DNA of 64,000 bases from Fimbriimonadaceae bacterium (lineage in GTDB: Bacteria; Armatimonadota; Fimbriimonadia; Fimbriimonadales; Fimbriimonadaceae), in contig JAMLGR010000004.1 in the NCBI GenBank assembly GCA_023957775.1, forward strand, positions 188,930 through 252,929, read 5' to 3'. Position 1 is the stretch's first letter; the number at the start of each line of letters is the position of its first letter. This document shows, piece after piece, positions 8,506 through 18,295 of this stretch. A program made the position numbers and the translations under genes. The notes beneath the pieces were generated by a model. The model did not search any database and had not been told where the DNA came from. It was given only the letters and a program-made list of their open reading frames with translations.

Positions 8506-10410
8506 TTACCCGCGATCTTTCAGACGTTTCTCGATTTCGCTCCGGAACGGCTCGGGGAACTCCGTCCACGGCGTAGGCTTGGGGTCGAAAACGGCTGGCT
8601 CGCCGATTTCGGCGGCGATCGGATCGCCCGTGCTGAAGACCAGAGTGAGGTGGAACACATTTTGCGTGCCGTGCAGGTACCGGTTCGCCATATCCCAGGC
8701 GTAGCCTTGGCTCTTGCCCTGTTGTCGGTTCGAGATCTGGCTGACGAGTTGGCCGATGTCGAGAAGGGGCGTCCGGGCGTTCGGCGCGGCCTCAAGCCAG
8801 GGCTGGGCCACATCGCGCGAGTCTACGGCCAGCTTGAACACGGTGTCGCGCGGGATGCCGTTTGGGTACGCATCGGTGACTTCGAAGGGAGGCCTTGGCC
8901 ATACGTCCTGCTCGTACAGGGCCTTTTCGGCAAGGGCGACTTGAGGTGGCGCCAGTTGGCTGATCGCGATGCCGGCAGGGGAGGCCGCGGCAGTGCGCTG
9001 GGCGCGTGAGAACGAGCCTACGAGAGGAACGAGCGCGTTGATAGGAATCGAAACGGTGGGGTATCCCAGCATCGCCACTTCGTCGTGGGGAACTCCATAG
9101 CCGATCTGCGCGATCAGTGCGGCTTCGTCCAAGAACCGTACCGAACCGACTTCGACCACGTGTCTGACAAAGCGTTGCAGGGGTTCGAGAGGCTTCTCTA
9201 GCCATTCGATCAACGTTGGTCTGGCGTGTCGAACGATCAGCCAGCCGTCCTCCCGGAGCAGTTCGCAACCTCTCAACTGGAGGGCCGTGGCGATCCGGCC
9301 GAGCGTGGGCTTGCTCGACCAATCGATCTCCAGGCGCCTCTCGGCCACCGACGGGATCCATGCGATCCATTGCCGCCCGTCGTGCGCCGCGAGGGCGTCG
9401 AGACTCTCATAGACCAGGGTTCCGATCCGCGGGTGATCGGCGGGATTGAGCAAGTACTCGCGAATCTCCTCGGTTGGTTTCGGAGGAGTGGTCTGGGTCC
9501 TCCGGCTTTCCCACCAGTCGGCAATCCACTGAGCGGTCGGGCTGAGTGGGACCGGAGTCTCCGGGTACCGCGCGTCGAGGTGGGGTTGCGTCTCTCCTTC
9601 CAAAAGAAGAGTGGTGACCGAGGCGCGTTCACCCGCCATTCGGAGTGTGGCGACATCGCTTCCTTGCACGGAGACGATCACCCTCGTGCTCGGGTCGAAC
9701 GCGCGCGGTGATGTCTCGCCGTACCCCACCACCCCGCCGCCTTGGCGAACGACCTCCTGTTGGAACCTCTTCACGGTCTCCGCCAGTTCTCGAAGAATGG
9801 CATCGCAGCCCTCCGGAAGGCGATGCTGTCGCCCGTTTGGCTGGTTGGAGAACACGATGCGTTCCAGGGGCTGCAGGCCCGACAGCCGCGCGCCGCCGAT
9901 TTTGGCGAGAAGCTGGACAAGCCCATTCTGGAACGGGAGTTCCTGATAGAGGCGCGAGAGCTCCTCTTCTGCCGCGGGATCGTAGTTTGCCTGCCACCTC
10001 GCCTGGGCGCTTCGAATGCGGGTGACCAGATCCTGACAGCGCGCGTCCGTCCACGGCCTTTGGGCTTTGAGGAGGTTCTGGAGGTGTTCGTCGATCTGCC
10101 TGGCCCCCGCCTCGCGTGCTGCTTTCTCAAGGCGCGTCTGGAGTCCCTTCGAGCGCGTGAGGATTCTTGCGTCGCCATCCTTGAGCCACTCGCCGTGAAC
10201 GGCTTGCGCCAAGTGTTCCAGCACCTCCTCGACGGGCGCTTCGTGCACGTCGATCAGCACCATCTGGTTTTGAATGGGGGGGCGCGCATGAAGCGTCAAG
10301 CCCGTTGCCTCGCCAATCTGGCGGACGGCGTTCGAAACCGTCGCGCCGCGGATAGCGAGCGTGAGCGGCGCGGGGCCTATCACAGTGTACGCAAGCAGGG
10401 CGAGGATCAT
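8506..10410 (-). CDS. hypothetical secreted protein (634 aa), unknown function; N-terminal region weakly STN-like
   Basis: Start at the internal Met (MILALLAYTVIGPAPLTLA, signal-peptide-like) of ORF 8506..10608. Coding-like composition throughout and no recognisable catalytic motif. Sits inside the minus-strand operon of glycan-degrading enzymes. Confidence 0.6.
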   Translation of the reverse strand: MILALLAYTVIGPAPLTLAIRGATVSNAVRQIGEATGLTLHARPPIQNQMVLIDVHEAPVEEVLEHLAQAVHGEWLKDGDARILTRSKGLQTRLEKAAREAGARQIDEHLQNLLKAQRPWTDARCQDLVTRIRSAQARWQANYDPAAEEELSRLYQELPFQNGLVQLLAKIGGARLSGLQPLERIVFSNQPNGRQHRLPEGCDAILRELAETVKRFQQEVVRQGGGVVGYGETSPRAFDPSTRVIVSVQGSDVATLRMAGERASVTTLLLEGETQPHLDARYPETPVPLSPTAQWIADWWESRRTQTTPPKPTEEIREYLLNPADHPRIGTLVYESLDALAAHDGRQWIAWIPSVAERRLEIDWSSKPTLGRIATALQLRGCELLREDGWLIVRHARPTLIEWLEKPLEPLQRFVRHVVEVGSVRFLDEAALIAQIGYGVPHDEVAMLGYPTVSIPINALVPLVGSFSRAQRTAAASPAGIAISQLAPPQVALAEKALYEQDVWPRPPFEVTDAYPNGIPRDTVFKLAVDSRDVAQPWLEAAPNARTPLLDIGQLVSQISNRQQGKSQGYAWDMANRYLHGTQNVFHLTLVFSTGDPIAAEIGEPAVFDPKPTPWTEFPEPFRSEIEKRLKDRG

Positions 10411-10614
10411 GAGCTTCCATGTGGAGGACGGGTGGGGGGACCCATATGTTCTGCGCGCAGGGCCAGAGTGCCAGGTGCTGCTGGCCGGGGCTTGCCGAGG
10501 GGTACAACGAAACTCGCGACCGTCGGCGACGCGCCACTTGAAGACGCTCCCGCTGCTTTCGAACGAAGAAGCGGTGCAGCCGGGACTCACCCCTGACACG
10601 GGTCGCACCTGCCG

Positions 10615-12117
10615 TTATTGGCGGGGCCAGGCGTCGGTGCGGAACGGCGGCGCGGGGAGCCCCGCACCGTTGTAGAGGTTGGCGCTCGGGTTGCTGGCCC
10701 ACGCGTATCGGACGGCCACGGGGTGGGGCACCTCGGCCGACCGCACCACCAGCGTTTGTCCGTCGACCGTGCCCGTCGCGGGAACGAACTTCCGATCGTC
10801 GCCCGCGATCTCGAGGCTGGTGACGGTGCCGCCTCGAGCGTTCAACCCTTGCGCCGCGGCGAACTGCACTCGGATCGCACTCCCCTCGACCGCAAACCCC
10901 GTGTAGGTGGGACCGAAACCCTGAACGGGACGGCGATAGGCGTCGGCGAGGGCGATCAGCGCGAGGCGCCTGCCCACGGCCTGCTTGTTCTTGGGGTGGA
11001 TGTCCCTCGCTTCGCCGACGTCGATGGCCGTTGCCAGTCCCACGTGGGGGAGCCTCAGCGCTGCGGCCTGCGCTTCACGCACCCAGGCCCAGTTGAAGCC
11101 TGTCTCGAAGTTCGCGAGCTGCACGAAGTAGAAGGGCAGCTCGGGGCGGTTCCACGCCTGGCGCCAGGCGGTGATCATCATCGGGAACAGTTCCGAGTAC
11201 AACTCGGGCTCGCCCGCATTCGACTCGCCCTGGTACCAGATGACGCCGCGGACGGGATACTTCACGAGGGGTGCGATCATGCCTTGGTACAAACCTCCCG
11301 GGACGCCTCCACCGCCGGGGCCGCCGCCTGGGGCGCGCGGCTGAGGGCCGCGTTCGGCCTCGGGCTTCCGACGCCAGGTCTCCATCTCGGCGTCCCATTG
11401 CGCTTTGCGCTCGGGATAGGTTTTGAGGCCCTCGAGGTAGGCGCCGAGCCGCTGCCCCAGCACGCTGTGGGCCCGCAGCCAAGGCCGAGGTGTCCACGCC
11501 TCCGCGGGCGTGCCGCCCCACGACGAGTGGATCAGTCCGATGGGGACTCCCAGCTGCTGCCGCAGCTCCCGACCGAAGAAGTAGGCCGCCGCCGAGAATC
11601 GGGGCACGGTTTCGGGCGAACACCTGGCCCACGTCCCGTAGGCGTCGGCCATGGGGAACTCGGTGGACCGGCGGGGGACGGTGAACAGCCGGATGTCCGG
11701 GTGGTTCGCCGCTGCGATCTCCGTCTGCGCGTCCTTGGAGGAGGCGACCGCCATCTCCATGTTGGACTGGCCCGAGCCCACCCAGACGTCGCCCGCCAAA
11801 ACGTCCGTGAACGCAAGGGAGTTTTGCCCGAGAACCTGCAGTTCGAAGGGGCCTCCCGCCGGGAGCGGAAGCAAGGAAACTTCCCACTTGCCATCGGGAC
11901 CCGTGACGGTCCGCGCGGAGCGGATGCGGTTCGCCGGCTCGCCCTTCGCGATGTGGACGTTCACGATTTCGCCAGGCGCGGCCCAGCCCCACACCCGCAA
12001 CGGCACGTCGCGCTGCAGGACCATGTGGTCCGAGAAGAGGCTCGGCATGGCGACCGAGGCGACCGTGGGCGCGGTGGAGAGGGCGAGGGAGGCGAGAGCG
12101 AGGAGGGGGCGTACCAT
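10615..12117 (-). CDS. sialate O-acetylesterase (SASA/DUF303 family carbohydrate esterase)
   Basis: GSGQSNM catalytic motif and SASA-like domain order. Start at MVRPLLALASLALS (signal peptide) inside ORF 10615..12264. Confidence 0.8.
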   Translation of the reverse strand: MVRPLLALASLALSTAPTVASVAMPSLFSDHMVLQRDVPLRVWGWAAPGEIVNVHIAKGEPANRIRSARTVTGPDGKWEVSLLPLPAGGPFELQVLGQNSLAFTDVLAGDVWVGSGQSNMEMAVASSKDAQTEIAAANHPDIRLFTVPRRSTEFPMADAYGTWARCSPETVPRFSAAAYFFGRELRQQLGVPIGLIHSSWGGTPAEAWTPRPWLRAHSVLGQRLGAYLEGLKTYPERKAQWDAEMETWRRKPEAERGPQPRAPGGGPGGGGVPGGLYQGMIAPLVKYPVRGVIWYQGESNAGEPELYSELFPMMITAWRQAWNRPELPFYFVQLANFETGFNWAWVREAQAAALRLPHVGLATAIDVGEARDIHPKNKQAVGRRLALIALADAYRRPVQGFGPTYTGFAVEGSAIRVQFAAAQGLNARGGTVTSLEIAGDDRKFVPATGTVDGQTLVVRSAEVPHPVAVRYAWASNPSANLYNGAGLPAPPFRTDAWPRQ

Positions 12118-12157
12118 CGCTGTCCCTATTCGGCGATGCGGCGGCTTTCCCTGCTTG

Positions 12158-12823
12158 TTACTTGAGGATGCCTTTGGCCATCCAGAGCGGGTGGTACTCG
12201 ATGCGGAGCCAACCGGCCTCGACCGCGGGGTCTTTGGCGAGCGCTTCGAGGGCGGCCCTTTCATCGGCCGTGTGGAAGAACACGATGCCGCGAAGGTCCC
12301 CGTCGTCTAGGAAAGGGCCAGCGGCGGCGACCTTCCCGTCCTTGGCGAGGGCTGTCAAGTGGGACATGTGTCCGGAAGCCAGACGTTGCGCCGCCTCTGT
12401 TGCCGGGTCGCCCCGCTTGGGGCCCCGGTACATGAGGACGACGCCGTACTCCTTCATCTCTGCGTCCTCTCCCACCTTGGCGAAGGGGTCGTCGGGCAAG
12501 AACCACGGGTGCGCATCCACAACGAGCTTGTCCATCTTGACAAAGGGGTCGTTGGCAAAGTGTTGCTTGGCGTCGCCTTGGTCCCCCTTGAGGACCACGA
12601 TGCCGCGAAGGGCGGTGTTGTCCCCGAAGGGACCCGCAGCAGGAGAGATCCCCTCCTTCCAAAGCCGGGTGAGGTTGCCGAGGTGGCCCGTCATGGCCTC
12701 CTCGCGCTGCTCCTTCGTCAGCACCTCCTTGTTCGTTCCGCTCTTGAAGAACACGAACGTGTAGTTCGGCTTGGGCGGGGTCTGGAGTCCCAAGACCACG
12801 ACGGCGAAGAGTGAAGCGAGCAT
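12158..12823 (-). CDS. tandem YciI-like domain protein
   Basis: Two ~100-aa repeats, each with YciI-like (Dabb-fold) features. Signal peptide MLASLFAVVVLGL. Confidence 0.6.
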   Translation of the reverse strand: MLASLFAVVVLGLQTPPKPNYTFVFFKSGTNKEVLTKEQREEAMTGHLGNLTRLWKEGISPAAGPFGDNTALRGIVVLKGDQGDAKQHFANDPFVKMDKLVVDAHPWFLPDDPFAKVGEDAEMKEYGVVLMYRGPKRGDPATEAAQRLASGHMSHLTALAKDGKVAAAGPFLDDGDLRGIVFFHTADERAALEALAKDPAVEAGWLRIEYHPLWMAKGILK

Positions 12824-12902
12824 GGGCTCATTATGGGACACCCTCGTGGGTCTTTGGCACGGAGGGCGTGACGCTTGGGCTCCCGGTTCGCGTCGGATGG
12901 CT

Positions 12903-13409
12903 ATGAGGCTTCTTCAGATTCTCGCCATCGGTCTGGCGGTCGCTGCGTCGGGCCAAACGCCCACCCCTCCCGCGGCGACGACCTACAAGGGCCACGACGC
13001 CCTCGATCACTGGGTGGGCGAGTGGGACGTCTTCATGGGCGGGCAGAAGGTCGGCTCGAGCGTGATCGAGAAGACGCTGAAGGGGTTTGGCGTTACCGAG
13101 CACTGGACGAGCGCACGGGGTGGCCAGGGGCGAAGCTTCTTTGTGTTCGACGCGGCGGACGGCACGTGGCGCCAGCTCTGGATCAGCGACACGGGGTGGA
13201 TCGTCCAGAAGACGGGCAAGCCAATCCAGGGCGGAATCTCTCTCGAAGGCGAATCGAAGTACCCCAGTGGCAAGAAGACCAAGTCGCGCGAGAAGTTGAC
13301 GAAGAACGCCGACGGGTCGGTGCGACAGTTGATCGAGGACTACGACGAGGCCACGAAGAAGTGGACCGTGGCGTTCGACGGGAAGTACGTGCGCAAGGGC
13401 GATCGTTGA
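12903..13409 (+). CDS. hypothetical secreted protein (DUF1579-like)
   Basis: MRLLQILAIGLAVAASGQ signal peptide. Gly/Trp-rich beta-type composition. Start could also be 12897. Confidence 0.5.
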   Translation: MRLLQILAIGLAVAASGQTPTPPAATTYKGHDALDHWVGEWDVFMGGQKVGSSVIEKTLKGFGVTEHWTSARGGQGRSFFVFDAADGTWRQLWISDTGWIVQKTGKPIQGGISLEGESKYPSGKKTKSREKLTKNADGSVRQLIEDYDEATKKWTVAFDGKYVRKGDR

Positions 13410-13451
13410 TCCCTCGACATCGCCCGGGATGACCCCTCTCCTCGCCTTGCG

Positions 13452-14954
13452 TTACTCGAAGGTGATGCCTTGGGCCAACGCGGGTTTCTCCGTTCCGAAG
13501 TAGGTGGTGCTGGTCTGGCGGCGCATGTACGCCTTCCACGCGTCGGAGCCGGACTCGCGTCCGCCGCCCGTCTCCTTCTCGCCTCCGAAGGCCCCGCCGA
13601 TCTCCGCGCCGCTCGTCCCGATGTTCACGTTGGCGATGCCGCAGTCGGATCGACGTTTGAAATACTCCGCCTCGCGCAGGTCCGTGGTCATGATCGCCGA
13701 GGAGAGGCCTTGGGGAACCGCGTTGTGGATCTCGAGCGCCTCTTCCAGCGTGTCGTACGGAATCAGGTAGGTGAGGGGGGCGAACGTTTCCCGCTCGACC
13801 ACCGCCGTCTGGTTCGGCATCAGCGCGAGCGCGGGACGGACGTAGTACGCGTCGGGCCAGCGCTCCGCGTGCATCCGCTCGCCTCCGATCAGTTCGCGCG
13901 CGTCGCGGCGCGCTTCCGCGAGGGTCTCCTCAAGGCACGTGTAAGCATCCTTGTCGATCAGCGGACCGACCAGGGTGCGCGGGTCGAGTGGATCGCCGAT
14001 GCGGGGGACGACTCCCGAAAGGGCGCCCTTGAGCCTCTGGTACAGGGTGTCTGCGATCGACCGGTGGACGATCACGCGGCGCGTGGACGTGCACCGCTGA
14101 CCCGCAGTGCCGATGGCGCCGAACAGGATCGACGGCATCGCAAGGTCCAGATCGGCGCGCTGGGAGACGATCACCGCGTTGTTGCCGCCCAGTTCGAGCA
14201 GAGCCCGTCCGAACCGCTCGGCGACTTTGGGGCCCACGGCGCGGCCCATCCGGGTGGACCCGGTCGCGCTGATGAGAGGGAGGCGACGGTCTGAGACCAA
14301 GAGGTTGCCCACCGTCGCATCTCCCAGCACCACCGAGCTCAATCCATCGGGTGCGGCTCCGAAGCGTTTGCACGCCCGTTCGAACAGCGCCTGGCACGCG
14401 AGGGCCGTAAGCGGCGTCTTTTCCGACGGCTTCCACACGACCGGATCGCCGCAGACGAAGGCGAGTGTCGCGTTCCACGCCCACACGGCCACGGGGAAGT
14501 TGAACGCGCTGATCACCCCGATCGGTCCCAGCGGCAACCAGTTCTCCTGCATCGAGTGGTTGGGCCGTTCCGAGGCGATCGTCAATCCATACAACTGCCT
14601 CGAGAGCCCCACAGCGAAGTCGCAGATGTCGATCATCTCCTGGACTTCGCCGCGGCCCTCTTCGAGGATCTTCCCGCACTCGAGGGTGACGAGCCGGGCC
14701 AGGTCCTCCTTGTGGCTGCGCAGCTCTTCGCCGAAGAGCCGCACCAACTCGCCGCGGCGAGGCGCCGGCACATCCCGCCACGCGTGGAACGCCTGGGACG
14801 CACGGGCGATCGCATGGTCCACCTCGGCCGCCGAGTTGTTTCTCAGCGAAGCCAAGGCCGAGCCGTCGATCGGCGAGGTGACCACGAGGTCTTCGCCGGA
14901 ACGGCTGGACAAGTCGACATGCAGGCGAGAGAGGAGTTCGGGTGCGTTTTCCAC
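13452..14954 (-). CDS. aldehyde dehydrogenase, ALDH7/antiquitin-like (piperideine-6-carboxylate / aminoadipate-semialdehyde dehydrogenase type)
   Basis: ELGGNNA and catalytic GQRCTSTRR motifs. Overall strong ALDH7-like sequence pattern (AFNFPVAVWAWN, VVWKPSEKTPLTA). Confidence 0.8.
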   Translation of the reverse strand: MENAPELLSRLHVDLSSRSGEDLVVTSPIDGSALASLRNNSAAEVDHAIARASQAFHAWRDVPAPRRGELVRLFGEELRSHKEDLARLVTLECGKILEEGRGEVQEMIDICDFAVGLSRQLYGLTIASERPNHSMQENWLPLGPIGVISAFNFPVAVWAWNATLAFVCGDPVVWKPSEKTPLTALACQALFERACKRFGAAPDGLSSVVLGDATVGNLLVSDRRLPLISATGSTRMGRAVGPKVAERFGRALLELGGNNAVIVSQRADLDLAMPSILFGAIGTAGQRCTSTRRVIVHRSIADTLYQRLKGALSGVVPRIGDPLDPRTLVGPLIDKDAYTCLEETLAEARRDARELIGGERMHAERWPDAYYVRPALALMPNQTAVVERETFAPLTYLIPYDTLEEALEIHNAVPQGLSSAIMTTDLREAEYFKRRSDCGIANVNIGTSGAEIGGAFGGEKETGGGRESGSDAWKAYMRRQTSTTYFGTEKPALAQGITFE

Positions 14955-15105
14955 GGCGGCTCCATTGTATCTGTTGGCGAAGCGGTCGTCCGTCGATTCC
15001 TGTTGCCCTGAGCGAGCGGTCTGGGAGGGGCGCAGGGATTCCCCCGAGTAGGCCCCACGGCCATTCGGTTCCAGAACTGCTGCGGCGCGTCAAACCTATG
15101 AACGA

Positions 15106-16590
15106 TTGGAAGATGGGCGGATACTCATGGATATGAAGATCCTTGCGTTTTGCGTTGTCTGCTACGTCCTTGTCGGGGCCATTCTGGGTTCGGGTTGCTC
15201 GAAAGCGGCTGGCGTGAGTCCGGAACCCGTCGCCGCCGCGAGGGGCGGGATCGAACTGGTCGTCTACACCGGTGATTTTGCCCAGGTACGCGAGGCGCGG
15301 CCCTTGGAGTTGGCCGCCGGCCGGAACCGGGTCGACGTCGCCGACGTGAGCCGGCAGCTCGACCAGGCGTCCGTCCTTTACACGTGGAACGATGCGAAGG
15401 GTGTCTCGGTGGATTCCAGCACCTACGATCTGGGAATCGAACAGAGCACCCAGCTCCTTCAGAGATTCCTCAACCGCGAGATCGAGCTGGTGTACCGAGG
15501 AGACAACGGCAAGGAGGGTGAACGCACGAAAGGGATTCTGCAGGTGGCGACGCCTGGCAACCTGGTCGTCCGTGTGGGCGATCACTTCGTCGTCAATCCG
15601 AATGCCACGGTCGAGGTGCCTGCCAATTCGGGCATCGTGCCTGTCGCTCAGCTCAGCGCCGAAGTGGAGAGCAAGAGCGCGCAGAAGGCGACGCTCGATT
15701 TGGCCTACATGACGCGTGGACTCAGTTGGAGCGCGGACTACACGGCGATCCTCGACCCAGACTCGGACTCGATGCGGCTCGAGTGCTGGGCCACGGTCAC
15801 GAATGGAACGGGCATCGACTATCCGGATGCCAAGCTCCAGTTCGTGGCGGGCTCGCCCAATCGGGCAGTGACGGCCTCACATAACAAATTGGAGGCCGAA
15901 ACGTCGATTGCTGGGGAATGGCAGAGGGAGGAGATGCGGCCTCTCGCCAATCCGATGGCGATGGACTCCGACACTCGTCCGATAGGCGAACTCGTCGCGT
16001 ACCCTTACAAGTCGACCGCCACGATCCGCCAAGGCCAGATGAACCGCGTGCGGATGATGGAGGCAAACGAAGCCAAGCTCGTTCGCGACTACTCGGTGCG
16101 ACTGCCCGCCAGCGCCCAGATCTCCGGTGGTGCCTCGGACCAGCGGATTCGAGCGACGCTTGCGATCAACTTTACCAACGACGAGTCATCGGGACTCGGC
16201 TTCCCGCTCCCAGCAGGGGCGGTGAGAGTCTATGAGACGTCCGACGCGGGGACGCCGGACTCCATCGGCGCTGCGGGGATTCCGGACACGCCCAAGAACG
16301 CGCGAGCCAGCTTGACGCTGACCAACGTGTTCAACGTGTACGCGCTCCCCAAGTTGGTTCAATCCCAACAAGTCGACAAGCGTCATTTGAGGCGGCGTGT
16401 GGAAGTGCACCTGCACAACGAGAAGAAGCGGGCGGTAGACGTGCGGTTGGTGGAGGGCTTCTACAGTGCCTGGAAGATCGAATCCGAGTCCAGCAAGAGC
16501 ACGAAGCTCGACAGCTCCACGGCCCAGTGGAAGGTTTCCGTGCCCGCCGGCGGGGAAACGGTCGTGAAGTTCTCGGTGCTCTTGGGCTAG
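15106..16590 (+). CDS. DUF4139/DUF4140 family lipoprotein (MuiA-like)
   Basis: Lipobox-like N-terminus (LVGAILGSGCS). Overall length and composition match the conserved DUF4139 family. Start could also be 15127 or 15133. Confidence 0.55.
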   Translation: MEDGRILMDMKILAFCVVCYVLVGAILGSGCSKAAGVSPEPVAAARGGIELVVYTGDFAQVREARPLELAAGRNRVDVADVSRQLDQASVLYTWNDAKGVSVDSSTYDLGIEQSTQLLQRFLNREIELVYRGDNGKEGERTKGILQVATPGNLVVRVGDHFVVNPNATVEVPANSGIVPVAQLSAEVESKSAQKATLDLAYMTRGLSWSADYTAILDPDSDSMRLECWATVTNGTGIDYPDAKLQFVAGSPNRAVTASHNKLEAETSIAGEWQREEMRPLANPMAMDSDTRPIGELVAYPYKSTATIRQGQMNRVRMMEANEAKLVRDYSVRLPASAQISGGASDQRIRATLAINFTNDESSGLGFPLPAGAVRVYETSDAGTPDSIGAAGIPDTPKNARASLTLTNVFNVYALPKLVQSQQVDKRHLRRRVEVHLHNEKKRAVDVRLVEGFYSAWKIESESSKSTKLDSSTAQWKVSVPAGGETVVKFSVLLG

Positions 16591-16617
16591 CGCAAGGGTG
16601 CGGAGTAGTCTGGGTGC

Positions 16618-18093
16618 GTGCGCATCCTCTATCTGGACATCGACTCTCTGCGGCCCGACCACCTCGGATGCTACGGCTACCCAAGGGCGACGTCGCCGAA
16701 CATCGACGCACTCGCCGCCCAGGGGATGCGGTTTGAAAACGTCTACGCCTCCGATGTCCCGTGCCTGCCCAGCCGCACCGCGTTCTTTGGCGGGCGATTC
16801 GGGACGAAGACCGGAGTGATCAACCACGGGGGGCGGTGCGCAGATCTGACACCGCAGGGCGAGACCCGCGACTTTCGATCGCGGCTGGTCGAATCCTCGC
16901 TGGCCTCCCAACTCACGCGATTGGGCTACCGAACCGCGAGCGTGAGCCCTTTCCCACGCCGCCACTCGGCGTACCAGATCTTTTGGGGCTTCCATGAAAC
17001 GATCGATACAGGAAGGGGTGGATTGGAGAACGCCGACGAAATCTTCCTTCCCGTCGCCGATTGGCTGCATCGCAACGGTGCGTCCGACCACTGGTTCCTC
17101 CATGTGAACATGTGGGACCCTCACACCCCCTACGACACGCCAGAGTCGTTCGGCAATCCGTTCGCCGGGGAGCCGCCGGTCCCCTGGCTCACGCCGGCGA
17201 TCCTCGAGCGTCAGCGCGCGAGTTGCGGTCCCCACTCGGCGCGCGAAGTCCCGCACATTACGCCGGATCTACCAGCTTCCTGGAGGTGGGGCGTCGGAGA
17301 GATCGCCTCGCTCGACGACGCGCAGGTGCACTGGGACGGATACGACACCGGCGTGCGTTATAGCGATCACTATATTGGCAAGATCCTCGATGAGTTGGAT
17401 TCGCTCGGAGTCTTGGAGGAGACCGCCGTCGTGGTCGCGGCGGACCATGGCGAGAACCTTGGAGAGCTGAACGTGTGGGGAGACCACCAGACGGCGGACG
17501 AGTTCACGTGCCACATCCCTTGCGTCGTGAGGTGGCCGGGCGTGACGGACCACCGGGCGGGACAAGCAGATTCCGGGTTGCGCTACCACCTGGACCTCGC
17601 GGCCACGATCGTGGAACTGGCGGGGCCCGCCGGTGCGGACTCGGTGAGGGACGCCGGCTGGGACGGACGGTCGCTCTTCGAGCCGGGGCGCGACGCGCTG
17701 TTCCTCAGCCAGGGGGCGTGGAGCTGCCAGCGCTCGATGCGCTGGGATCGGTGGATCTTGATCCACACCGTCCACACCGGGCTCAAGGAGTTTCCGGAGA
17801 CGATGCTGTTCGACCTCGACGCCGACCCGCACGAGACGACCAACCGCGCCGCCGAGCACCCGGACCTGGTGCGAGAGGGTCTCGGCCGGATCGAGAGCTG
17901 GTTTGCAGACGCGGCGAGCGTATGCCCGCTCGGCGATCCGTTCGACGTGGTGCTCGCGGAGGGCGGCCCGTGCCACGCCAACGAGAAGAGCCCGATGTGG
18001 GAGGAGTACTGCAGGCGGTTGGAATCGAGCGGCCGGCAAGGGCACTCCGATTGGTTCCGCACCCACGGGGGGCAGCCGCGGAGCGGTTGGTGA
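16618..18093 (+). CDS. Cys-type sulfatase (arylsulfatase family)
   Basis: GTG start. CLPSRTAFFGG formylglycine (C-x-P-x-R) motif plus sulfatase metal-binding residues (YLDIDSLRPDHLGCYG). Confidence 0.85.
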   Translation: MRILYLDIDSLRPDHLGCYGYPRATSPNIDALAAQGMRFENVYASDVPCLPSRTAFFGGRFGTKTGVINHGGRCADLTPQGETRDFRSRLVESSLASQLTRLGYRTASVSPFPRRHSAYQIFWGFHETIDTGRGGLENADEIFLPVADWLHRNGASDHWFLHVNMWDPHTPYDTPESFGNPFAGEPPVPWLTPAILERQRASCGPHSAREVPHITPDLPASWRWGVGEIASLDDAQVHWDGYDTGVRYSDHYIGKILDELDSLGVLEETAVVVAADHGENLGELNVWGDHQTADEFTCHIPCVVRWPGVTDHRAGQADSGLRYHLDLAATIVELAGPAGADSVRDAGWDGRSLFEPGRDALFLSQGAWSCQRSMRWDRWILIHTVHTGLKEFPETMLFDLDADPHETTNRAAEHPDLVREGLGRIESWFADAASVCPLGDPFDVVLAEGGPCHANEKSPMWEEYCRRLESSGRQGHSDWFRTHGGQPRSGW

Positions 18094-18097
18094 GGCG

Positions 18098-18287
18098 TGG
18101 GAGTGCGCGCGCTTGCGCGTCGCCCTGGTCCCGCCGGACTCGTCCGGCGCTTCCGGGCTCGCGGCGAGCCGCTCGGGTGCAGGGCGACGAGCAAGCTCGC
18201 GCACTCCCACGACGCTTGCCCGGCGCTTCCGGGCTCGCGGCGAGCCGCTCGGATTCAGGGCGACGAGCAAGCTCGCGCACTCCCACG
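18098..18287. repeat. structured GC-rich tandem repeat (2 x ~68-bp unit, period 75 bp) plus inverted copy at convergent gene junction
   Basis: Units 18144-18211 and 18219-18287 are ~95% identical (ccggcgcttccgggctcgcggcgagccgctcggNtNcagggcgacgagcaagctcgcgcactcccacg). 18098-18126 is the near-perfect reverse complement of 18180-18208, with 26 of 29 bases matching. Multiple internal small hairpins. Confidence 0.8.
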
Positions 18288-18295
18288 CCCTTGCT

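Noticed and set aside
18098-18287. Possible CRISPR array
   Set aside because: There are only two direct repeat units, with no unique spacers between them. The units are 68 bp and internally palindromic. No cas genes are nearby. This behaves like a REP-type structured repeat.
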